64,000 bases of DNA, from assembly GCA_902510965.1 (NCBI GenBank), contig CABXDM010000002.1, positions 7,120 to 71,119 of the forward strand, written 5' to 3'. Source of the stretch: an uncultured Candidatus Actinomarina sp. GTDB lineage: Bacteria > Actinomycetota > Acidimicrobiia > Actinomarinales > Actinomarinaceae. Shown one piece after another: positions 37,434 to 45,620 of the stretch. The notes beneath the pieces were generated by a model. That model saw only the letters and a program-made list of their open reading frames with translations, searched no databases and was not told the origin of the DNA. The stretch's first letter is position 1. Each line of letters starts with the position of its first letter. The position numbers were made by a program, and so were the translations under genes.

Positions 37434-38539
37434 ATTTAAGACTTAAAATGGTGTTAATGATAACTTATTTATCTCATTGGGATTGGATTTTATACAAATC
37501 TAGAAAAGATTTGGTTAAGTATATACAATCGGAAGAAATCCATGCAATGTGTCCAAATGGTGTTCACAGGGAGGAAATAGAATCAATCTACAAAGGTGTG
37601 TCATCGTGGGAAATAAACAGAAATAAAATATTGGATATAAAAGCAATATTCTCACTAAGAAGTCACTTAAAAAATGTAGATAGCAAATTTCATTGCTTTA
37701 CATTAAAAACTGGAATACTTTTCTGTTTAGCTAATCTCTTTCTGAGAAATAAAAATAAAGCAGTGCTGTCAATCACAGGACTTGGTTTTTTGTTTAGCAA
37801 AAGCTCAAAAGCAAAGATATTGAGAAACCTATTAAAACCTTTTATAAGTTACCTCTTTAATAATGCTATCAACGTGATTATATTTCAAAATACTTCAGAC
37901 AAAGATATATTTCTTAATTTTTCTAATTTCACAAATACGATAGAAGTAATTCCTAGTTCAGGGATTGAAAGTTCCAATTTTAAAATAAAAGATCTACCAT
38001 CAAGTAACCCAGCAAAAAAGAAAGTAATCCTTGTTTCAAGACTTTTATATGATAAAGGAATTATGGATTACCTGAGTATTGTTAATCAAGTCAATATGGT
38101 AAACGTTGAATTTTACCTAGCTGGTGAGCGTGATGCAGGTAATCCCCAAAATATTTCCGACAAGGACATGGAAATAGTTTTAAATGAAGAAAAACTAAAT
38201 TATTTAGGAAAGATTGATATAGAAACACAGCTGTCTGAATTTGATATATCACTTGTAATGTCATCACATGAAGGGTTTTCAAGAATTCTTCTTGAATCTT
38301 TATACGTTGGTCTCTACTGCATAGCCTATAGGATTCAGGGCACTGAAGTGATGAAAGAATTTAATAATCTTGAATTAATTGAATTGAATCAAATTGACAA
38401 ATTTGTGGAATCTATTGAAAAATATAATGAAATAATTGATAATTCAAAAAACAGACAATTAATTGATGAGTTTTTTACCTCTAAAGTTGTAGCTTCACAA
38501 TTTGAGAAAATTTATAAAGAATTGGATGTATCGAATTGA
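37424..38539 (+). CDS. Glycosyltransferase family 4 (start uncertain)
   Basis: C-terminal 'SSHEGFSRILLESLYVGLYCIAY' (E-x7-E). The N-terminus overlaps the divergent ugd start, so the real start may be 37448 (MVLMITY). Confidence 0.5.
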   Translation: MLTNLRLKMVLMITYLSHWDWILYKSRKDLVKYIQSEEIHAMCPNGVHREEIESIYKGVSSWEINRNKILDIKAIFSLRSHLKNVDSKFHCFTLKTGILFCLANLFLRNKNKAVLSITGLGFLFSKSSKAKILRNLLKPFISYLFNNAINVIIFQNTSDKDIFLNFSNFTNTIEVIPSSGIESSNFKIKDLPSSNPAKKKVILVSRLLYDKGIMDYLSIVNQVNMVNVEFYLAGERDAGNPQNISDKDMEIVLNEEKLNYLGKIDIETQLSEFDISLVMSSHEGFSRILLESLYVGLYCIAYRIQGTEVMKEFNNLELIELNQIDKFVESIEKYNEIIDNSKNRQLIDEFFTSKVVASQFEKIYKELDVSN

Positions 38540-39570
38540 TTCAGTTTCAACTTTCAGTAACTGCTGCGGCATTTATAGCTTTTATATTATCAGCCTTACT
38601 AAACAAAAGTTTTATGCAATTTACAAAACAATTCAAGAAAAAAAATAATAAAAGCGAGAAAAGGTTGAGTAATAAAAACATATCTCCTTTTGGAGGAATA
38701 GCAACCTCGATTGCTTTTTTGGTATCTACTTTTTTCCTAGGTAGAGCTGACCAAGATTTTGTAATAATTGGAATATGCGCAGTTATAATTTCAATAATTG
38801 GATTACTTGATGACATATTCAATCTGGACTGGAAAACTAAAATTACAGGACAAATTATTATCATCCTCTACCCTCTTTTCAAACTTGATGCATTTATAAA
38901 TATTGAGGCTTACCTAAAGGTAGATCTTCAGAATTATGTAAATCTCCTTTTTTCACTTTTATGGGTACTTTTAATTATCAACTCTATAAATTTTATCGAT
39001 AACATGGATGGCCTAACAGTTATTGTCTCTGGAAGCATCTGTTTGCAAATTGCATTTTTGACCAATTATTCAAACTTATATAAAGTCACAGATATCTCAT
39101 TACTCCTCTTTGCGTCACTACTAGGGTTCTTTATGTACAACTATCCTCCAGCAAAGTTATATTTTGGAGATTCGGGAACTCTATTTGTTGGATATGTATT
39201 GGGATTTATTTCTATTATTTTTGACTGGATACCAAAAGTAGATGGCGTATTAGTTTCTCCATTTAGCCCAATTTTGTTCATATTTACAGTTCCAATACTA
39301 GATTTTTTAATAGTTACTTCTGATAGAATTAGCAATAATAAATCACCAACAATTGGCGGAACCGACCATATTTCACATAGACTATTAAACCTAGGGTATT
39401 CGGAAAAAAAGGTATTATTAAGTTTTCTATTTTTGAGTTTCTTATCTTATGTATTATTGATTGGAACTATATTCTTTAATGGAGCACTGAGTTACATTTT
39501 TGCAATGGGATATTTTGTATTTTTTATATATAATTTTGCTAAATATAAAAAGATGGAACCATTAAGTTAA
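38536..39570 (+). CDS. Polytopic UDP-HexNAc:undecaprenyl-phosphate HexNAc-1-phosphate transferase (WecA/MraY/GT4 family)
   Basis: ~10 TM helices, 'GLLDDIFNLD' (DDxxD-like Mg-binding), 'NFIDNMDGL' and 'YFGDSGTLFVGYVLG', which are classic MraY/WecA motifs. Confidence 0.7.
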   Translation: MIQFQLSVTAAAFIAFILSALLNKSFMQFTKQFKKKNNKSEKRLSNKNISPFGGIATSIAFLVSTFFLGRADQDFVIIGICAVIISIIGLLDDIFNLDWKTKITGQIIIILYPLFKLDAFINIEAYLKVDLQNYVNLLFSLLWVLLIINSINFIDNMDGLTVIVSGSICLQIAFLTNYSNLYKVTDISLLLFASLLGFFMYNYPPAKLYFGDSGTLFVGYVLGFISIIFDWIPKVDGVLVSPFSPILFIFTVPILDFLIVTSDRISNNKSPTIGGTDHISHRLLNLGYSEKKVLLSFLFLSFLSYVLLIGTIFFNGALSYIFAMGYFVFFIYNFAKYKKMEPLS

Positions 39571-40284
39571 CTTTTTTTCTAATTCTATGATTCTATCTGG
39601 TGTTCCTGCGTCGATCCACCATCCTTCTATAGTTACATTTTTACATTTTCCGTCTTGTATATATAAATTGTTTAGATCTGTTACTTCATACTCCCCACGA
39701 GCAGAAGGCTGTAGAGTTGTAATTTTTTCCATTACAGTATCGTCATAGATATAAACACCGACGACTGCTTGATTAGACTTTGGTTTATCAGGCTTTTCTT
39801 CAATTGAAATAACATTATTATTAGAATCTAGTTCGGCAACTCCAAATTCTTCAGGATTTACAACTTTATAAGAAAATATATGGGCTCCTTTACTAACACT
39901 AATTTCTTCTAAATTTAAATTTTTTACAGGACTGTGTTCAAAGAAATTATCTCCTAAAATAAAGAAAACTGTATCTCCAGAATGAATGTATTCTTTAGCG
40001 CACATTAATGCATGGGAAATACCTTTTTGTTCATATTGTATTGAAAAACTAATATTTTTTTCAGGAAAATAGGAGCTAACAACATCTTTAATCAACTCAT
40101 CAAAAGAAGGGTTAGTAATTATGATAAATTCGTTTAATCCCCAATTAATAAGCTGTTCAATCTGACGAATAATCATGGGAGATCCATCAACTTCTAAAAG
40201 AATTTTGGTTGAGTCATTTCCTCTAAAGCCTTGGAGGCGAGTTCCCAACCCTCCAGCTGCTATAACTGTTTTAATTTTATTCAC
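39562..40284 (-). CDS. Sugar-1-phosphate nucleotidyltransferase (short RmlA/RfbF/GalU-like)
   Basis: 'KTVIAAGGLGTRL' (G-x-G-T-R-L), 240 aa, followed by a left-handed-helix-free short C-terminus. Confidence 0.7.
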   Translation of the reverse strand: MNKIKTVIAAGGLGTRLQGFRGNDSTKILLEVDGSPMIIRQIEQLINWGLNEFIIITNPSFDELIKDVVSSYFPEKNISFSIQYEQKGISHALMCAKEYIHSGDTVFFILGDNFFEHSPVKNLNLEEISVSKGAHIFSYKVVNPEEFGVAELDSNNNVISIEEKPDKPKSNQAVVGVYIYDDTVMEKITTLQPSARGEYEVTDLNNLYIQDGKCKNVTIEGWWIDAGTPDRIIELEKKLT

Positions 40285-40323
40285 AAAGAATATTATAGAG
40301 TTATACTTAGTTTTTGGTTTAAC

Positions 40324-41442
40324 ATGAAAACATTAAATAAATACACATACTTGCTTATAGGGCTAGTAGTTACAGCATTATTAGTAGTTTTTGCGATTGT
40401 TCCAAGATTTGAAAAACAAGCATTTGACACAGATAGAGTAGAGAATATATCAGAAGGTCTTACCCCTACCACAAGTCTTACTAATGAAGAAAATAACGAA
40501 GAGAATCAAAATAAACCTCTTAAACCTGAAATAATCCAAATTGAAAAATCAGAAATTGATAAATTACTCATCAATAACAGTGCTGAGGATGACATAGAGG
40601 GATACAAATCATATCTTTTGATTGGTAGCGATGAAAGAGATGAAAATTCTTCTGAATCAAGAGGTTTTGTTGAAGGTCAAAGAGCAGATGTTATCATAAT
40701 AGGTCTCATTGATGAAACTGAAAGTAAACACTATCTACTGTCTATCCCTAGAGACACATTAATAGTTAACCCATGTACAGAGAATCTTGAAAGAATAAAC
40801 GGATCTTACTCTGAAAATAAATGCGGAAACAATGCTGAAAACCTAGCCGCTGCAGTAAAAAACTTAACGGGAATCAAAGTAGACCATTTTGCAAGTTTTA
40901 ACTTTGAGGGTTTCGAGAATATTATTAACTCTTTTAATGGAATCGAAATCTGCGTAGATAGCGCACAAAAAGAAGGTTACTCTTTCGAATTGCAAAAAGG
41001 GTGTCAAGTAGTAACTGGGTCTACTGCCTTGAATTGGATCGTATCCAGAAATACTGAAGTATTGGTTGGTGAGAAAATACTAGACGAAAATGGTGAAGAT
41101 GCATCAGAATGGAAAAAGATGGATGGTGTTAGTGATTTATCAAGGAATGAGCGACAGCAGTATGTTATATTACAACTATTGAAAAGGCTTAATGACTTTG
41201 AATCACTTAAAGACTTAAATAGTTTTATTAATGCCCTAGAGGATTCATTTATCATCGATGAAAATCTTACTTTAAGCTCTGCTATAAATATACTGTGGAA
41301 TTTTAGAAATATAGACTTTAGCAGCATTAATAAAGTTTCCATACCAACTTCACCATATGAACTTGAAGACGGAAGACAGATACTTATAATTTCGGAAAAT
41401 TTTTCTACTTACGCTAAACGAATTGGATTAATTAATTCTTAA
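40324..41442 (+). CDS. LytR-CpsA-Psr (LCP) family cell-wall glycopolymer phosphotransferase
   Basis: N-terminal TM anchor, then 'YLLIGSDERD', 'RADVIIIGLID', 'LLSIPRDTLI', which are the conserved LCP catalytic motifs. Start trimmed to ATG 40324 (MKTLNKY). Confidence 0.75.
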   Translation: MKTLNKYTYLLIGLVVTALLVVFAIVPRFEKQAFDTDRVENISEGLTPTTSLTNEENNEENQNKPLKPEIIQIEKSEIDKLLINNSAEDDIEGYKSYLLIGSDERDENSSESRGFVEGQRADVIIIGLIDETESKHYLLSIPRDTLIVNPCTENLERINGSYSENKCGNNAENLAAAVKNLTGIKVDHFASFNFEGFENIINSFNGIEICVDSAQKEGYSFELQKGCQVVTGSTALNWIVSRNTEVLVGEKILDENGEDASEWKKMDGVSDLSRNERQQYVILQLLKRLNDFESLKDLNSFINALEDSFIIDENLTLSSAINILWNFRNIDFSSINKVSIPTSPYELEDGRQILIISENFSTYAKRIGLINS

Positions 41443-43426
41443 TTTTTTTTAAGAATAAATAGCTGGGAATTATCCAAAAATAAATTGCTACATCTGGTGA
41501 ATATATTAAATCATTAGTAAGATTCTGAGCTAATAAAGCTACCAAAACAGAGATTAAAAAATGATTTTTGTAATTTGTATTTTTGATAACTGTAAACAAT
41601 ATGCCTAGAACGATAATCAATACAGGAAATAAACCATATTCGACTGCCATTGTCAAGAATCCATTATGTGAAGTAGTAATTTCATCATATTGGGAAAGTG
41701 AAAAGTCTGAAATAATTGAATCAAACTGACCATTATTAGTAACCAATCTTCCAGACCTAAGACTTTGACCTCCAAGATAATTAGAGTACCCACTAATAAT
41801 ATCTTCTACCCAAAAGAAATACATTCTTCCATCAATAATTGACCACTTCCATGACTGGTTGTTTATATTCTCTGAAGTATTAATAATTGAACTTTGGCTA
41901 AATATTGTTTCATTTCCTTTGGGTATGTTATTCAGTTTAAGTTGTATTACTACTTCAAAGTCTTTTTGAGATATATTATCTTCATGTGGAATTGCAACCC
42001 AATAACTTCTTGGCCTTTTTAATTTAAGACCATCCTCTGTATAAACTAATTTTCCGTCATTTCTATTGTCGTAAAATTCTTTAGTAGTAGGTAGGTATAC
42101 AAAATAGTCTTTATCTCTATTTTCTTCAATAAATTGGTAACTATATCTGTTGTCTGAAAAACTTATATTTACCTGTTTAATAAAACCATCAAGATATGAG
42201 TCTCCTGGAGATTGCCCATCTCCCCAACCACCTACCTCAAAAAATGAATCATTCTTTATTAGCTCAATAACCGACCCATCTGTATGTTCAGAGCCAATCT
42301 GTGACCAAGTAATACCATTTTGAGAGTGGTAAAAAGAAACTACGGACCTTGGTAACACACCATCTTTGTAGTCAAATTTTAACTTCAAATATCCTTCAGC
42401 TGGGTCAATTTCATTTTGTGTTGCGTTCTTAGTATGGTTTTTCATATCATTTTCTGAATATACTATATTAAATTTTTCTAAGATTTCATCCTCGTCAAGC
42501 CCTAGTAAATAATCCTTGTAGACCTCTTTAATATAATGACCACCACCACTCCCCTCAAAGAGCTCTAGATTACTGATGGCAAGATTATTTAGGAAGCTTC
42601 TATTTGATTGTTTTAGAAAAATTGAAGGGAATATGAAAATTACGATAACCGAAAAAAGTATTGAAATAATTAGAAAATAAATTTTAAATTTGGCTGTTAG
42701 AGATCTTGTATATATTAGAAGTAAAAGAAGGCCAGCATATAATGCCAAATAAGAACCCCTGGAATATGTAATGTAGAGATTGAAAATAGAAATAATAAGT
42801 AGTGCAGTATTTAGCTTGTCTGAAAATAAGTATTTTAAAATATTATCAGAACTTGAAGCTTTATATACACACAGTAGTATATACATAGTACAGATCACTC
42901 CAATAACATTTGGACCACCACCCTGAAATCCTCCTAGTCTTCCTGATGTGAAGGGATTAGTACTACCTGAATTATTTAGTATCCACCCATCAATAGTTCC
43001 AGGAAGCTGAACTTGAAATAGTACAACTAAAAAGTTTGCAATCATGACATATGAGAGTGGTTCGAAAACGGTAATTAAGTTTTCCTTATTTTCTCTAATT
43101 ACATCAACACAAAAATAGCTCAAAATAAAATAGAAATAGAATCTTAAATTTGTTTGATTAAATATTTCAGAATTCTGAGTAAATATATTTGAGTATAAAA
43201 TAAATGAGAATATGAATGATAAAAATACTTTATCGACATTGGAAATGTGATGGTAATTATTTATTTTTTTATAAAATAGAAATAAAAAAAGAAACACTAA
43301 GGGTAAGTCTTCAAAGTTCAATCCTAAAATATTTAATCCGTAATTTGAGGGGATTAATAGTGTTGATGCAAATACTAATCCAATTGTTCGAGCATTTATA
43401 TTTTTAATGTTCATAAATGTTTTCAA
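41432..43426 (-). CDS. Wzy/O-antigen-ligase-like membrane protein with large (~300 aa) extracytoplasmic beta-rich insertion
   Basis: 664 aa. The N-terminal ~290 aa are polytopic ('SGRLGGFQGGGPNVIGV' loop, as in the other Wzy-like paralogs). A hydrophilic domain (residues ~300-590) is rich in W/Y/G/D ('WKWSIIDGRMYFFWVEDIISGYS'). 2-3 further TM helices follow at the C-terminus. Confidence 0.45.
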   Translation of the reverse strand: MKTFMNIKNINARTIGLVFASTLLIPSNYGLNILGLNFEDLPLVFLFLFLFYKKINNYHHISNVDKVFLSFIFSFILYSNIFTQNSEIFNQTNLRFYFYFILSYFCVDVIRENKENLITVFEPLSYVMIANFLVVLFQVQLPGTIDGWILNNSGSTNPFTSGRLGGFQGGGPNVIGVICTMYILLCVYKASSSDNILKYLFSDKLNTALLIISIFNLYITYSRGSYLALYAGLLLLLIYTRSLTAKFKIYFLIISILFSVIVIFIFPSIFLKQSNRSFLNNLAISNLELFEGSGGGHYIKEVYKDYLLGLDEDEILEKFNIVYSENDMKNHTKNATQNEIDPAEGYLKLKFDYKDGVLPRSVVSFYHSQNGITWSQIGSEHTDGSVIELIKNDSFFEVGGWGDGQSPGDSYLDGFIKQVNISFSDNRYSYQFIEENRDKDYFVYLPTTKEFYDNRNDGKLVYTEDGLKLKRPRSYWVAIPHEDNISQKDFEVVIQLKLNNIPKGNETIFSQSSIINTSENINNQSWKWSIIDGRMYFFWVEDIISGYSNYLGGQSLRSGRLVTNNGQFDSIISDFSLSQYDEITTSHNGFLTMAVEYGLFPVLIIVLGILFTVIKNTNYKNHFLISVLVALLAQNLTNDLIYSPDVAIYFWIIPSYLFLKKIKN

Positions 43427-43427
43427 G

Positions 43428-43501
43428 TGGGCCCGGCAGGACTCGAACCTGCGACCGACGGATTATGAGTCCGTTGCTCTAACCAACTGAGCTACAGGCC
43501 C
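43428..43501 (-). tRNA. tRNA-Met (anticodon CAT; elongator-type, could be tRNA-Ile2/lysidine)
   Basis: Hand-folded cloverleaf: acceptor GGGCCUG/CGGGCCC, D-arm GCUC...GAGC, anticodon arm ACGGA-CUCAUAA-UCCGU, T-arm GCAGG-UUCGAGU-CCUGC, discriminator A. CCA is not encoded. The G1-C72 pair argues against an initiator. Confidence 0.85.
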
Positions 43502-43506
43502 TTAAA

Positions 43507-43815
43507 TTATCCTATGACAGATTGCAATTTAAGCGCAATTCCCATATCTCCAGCTATTTTAATTTTTCCAGTCATGAACGCTGCTTGTGGGCTAACGGAT
43601 TTGTCGTACATACCCTTGAATGTTTCCATATCAGTGGTAATTGTACATGCTGCTTCAGCATCCTCGTCAGTTACTTCGCTACCTTCAGGACTCATATAAA
43701 CTATTTGTGAATCTACAACCCATTTAATAGAACCAGGTAGGATACTTAAATCTTTACCTTCCATATTTTTTTTAACAAATTCCAATGCTTCTGACATATT
43801 CCTCCTATTTTCCAA
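43507..43815 (-). CDS. SCP2 sterol-binding-domain protein
   Basis: 102 aa. '...TDMETFKGMYDKSVSPQAAFMTGKIKIAGDMGIALKL' matches the SCP-2 C-terminal consensus (F..GKlk..Gd...A.KL). Confidence 0.65.
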   Translation of the reverse strand: MENRRNMSEALEFVKKNMEGKDLSILPGSIKWVVDSQIVYMSPEGSEVTDEDAEAACTITTDMETFKGMYDKSVSPQAAFMTGKIKIAGDMGIALKLQSVIG

Positions 43816-43859
43816 TACTCAATTATATACAGGATTGCGATTCTGTTGATAATTTATTG

Positions 43860-43932
43860 CTCCGAGGGTGGGACTTGAACCCACAACCAACGGATTAACA
43901 GTCCGCTGCTCTGCCAATTGAGCTACCTCGGA
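43860..43932 (-). tRNA. tRNA-Asn (anticodon GTT)
   Basis: Cloverleaf: acceptor UCCGAGG/CCUCGGA, D-arm GCUC-AAUUGGCA-GAGC, anticodon arm GCGGA-CUGUUAA-UCCGU (GUU), T-arm GUGGG-UUCAAGU-CCCAC, discriminator G. Confidence 0.85.
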
Positions 43933-43955
43933 TAGCAAATTAATAATACTATGAA

Positions 43956-45620
43956 TTAAAGTGTATTCTGATAATTTTCAATTTTCTTTTTAAGATTTTC
44001 AATTTCAGAAAATATATTTGTGTCATTTGATACCTCTAATTGACTAATTAATGTGTTTATTTTAATTTCAAAATAATGAATATACAATCTTGAAATTGCC
44101 TCCTGTAATTGATATTCAGTAAAAGAGATATTTATAAAGCTATTACTGATATCTTTGTTTTGACCGGATTGAAGTTTTTTAATGATGTTGAATAGCTCTT
44201 CACTAGAATTTAGGAGGTCTTCAAATTCCGATATATTCTCAAACTCATTCTTAATTAAACTTGATATAAATATGTCCTGAAAAGCTTCGATGTGTTTGTT
44301 ACTTTCATTTTGGCTTGAAGAGCTCTCTCCGTATGTTGGGCTTGATTTTTTATGTTTCAGCTCCTTTACAAGTAAATCTTTCGGAGTATTAATTTTGACG
44401 GAAAGTATATCAAAAGCAAAATCTTGATCAAGTGGACTGAGAGATCTAATAAGCTTTTTAAACTCACTAAAAATAATACGTTTGTCACCTGTATCTTCTT
44501 TTTTAATTAATGAGTCAATAGAGAACTCTATTAAATCTATCTTATTACTTAATAGTAAATCGAGATTGTCTTTACCATCTTCATAATATTCTCCGATATC
44601 TTTGTATCCTTCAGGTAATATCATGCATTTTAAATATAAATCACGGGATGTGGAATTTTTAATCTCAAGAATTCTATTAGTAGCATTGATACCTGCATCA
44701 TCATTATCAAAAGATATAATAATGTTTGATGAATACTTAGAAAGCTGCTCTAACTGCTGAGAGGTTAAAGCAGTTCCCGAAGGTGATGCTACATTGGAAT
44801 AGCCAAGCAAATTGAATGCAATAACATCTATGTAGCCTTCCACTATGATAATTTCATCTTTTTCCTTCACACTTTTGAGAAAGTTGTCCGTAAAATATAG
44901 AGTTTTATTTTTTTTGTAAATTTGAGATTCGGCTGAATTTAAATATTTAGGTCCAAAATCATTCAAAGCTCTGCCTCCGTAGGCAACAGTTTCATTCCTG
45001 AAATTTGTTATTGGGAATAATATTCTCTCTCTGAATAATAAATTTTGCTTCTCACTCAACAGACCTAGAGATTTTAGATTTTGCTTAGATATATCGTTTT
45101 TATTACAAAAATCATAAAATATTTTTTCATCCAATTCAGCAAATCCAAGTTTAAATTTTTTAATTGCTTCATTATCAATTTTTCTTGAGATTAAGTATTT
45201 TTTAGGTTTTGTAGATTTAGTTTCTTCAATATTTCTAATAAAGTAATCTGAGATTATTTTCATCATTTGAATCAAGCTTTTTTGATTTGATTCAAATTGC
45301 GAATCAGTATATTTGAGATTAAATGCATATTTTTCTGCAACTACTTCCACTGACTCTTGGAATTCAATATTATTTATGAGTTGTACATATTTAAATATGT
45401 CCCCACCTTCTTTGCAGCCAAAACAATGAAAAAGATTTTCCTCATCGGTAAAGCTCATACTTGCAGTTTTTTCTCCATGAAATGGACATATTGCCATACC
45501 TTTATTGCCACGCAATTTACCAGAAGTAGAAGCCAACACGAAGTCGCTTATTCTAGCTTTTAGTTTTAATGACTCTATTGAATCTTTTGCGATACCCATA
45601 TCAATTTTGAAAATATTCAA
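43956..45620 (-). CDS. dnaG: DNA primase
   Basis: CHC2 zinc finger 'CPFHGEKTASMSF...HCFGCKEGGDIFKY' and TOPRIM 'IIIVEGYIDVIAF'. Confidence 0.85.
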   Translation of the reverse strand: MNIFKIDMGIAKDSIESLKLKARISDFVLASTSGKLRGNKGMAICPFHGEKTASMSFTDEENLFHCFGCKEGGDIFKYVQLINNIEFQESVEVVAEKYAFNLKYTDSQFESNQKSLIQMMKIISDYFIRNIEETKSTKPKKYLISRKIDNEAIKKFKLGFAELDEKIFYDFCNKNDISKQNLKSLGLLSEKQNLLFRERILFPITNFRNETVAYGGRALNDFGPKYLNSAESQIYKKNKTLYFTDNFLKSVKEKDEIIIVEGYIDVIAFNLLGYSNVASPSGTALTSQQLEQLSKYSSNIIISFDNDDAGINATNRILEIKNSTSRDLYLKCMILPEGYKDIGEYYEDGKDNLDLLLSNKIDLIEFSIDSLIKKEDTGDKRIIFSEFKKLIRSLSPLDQDFAFDILSVKINTPKDLLVKELKHKKSSPTYGESSSSQNESNKHIEAFQDIFISSLIKNEFENISEFEDLLNSSEELFNIIKKLQSGQNKDISNSFINISFTEYQLQEAISRLYIHYFEIKINTLISQLEVSNDTNIFSEIENLKKKIENYQNTL

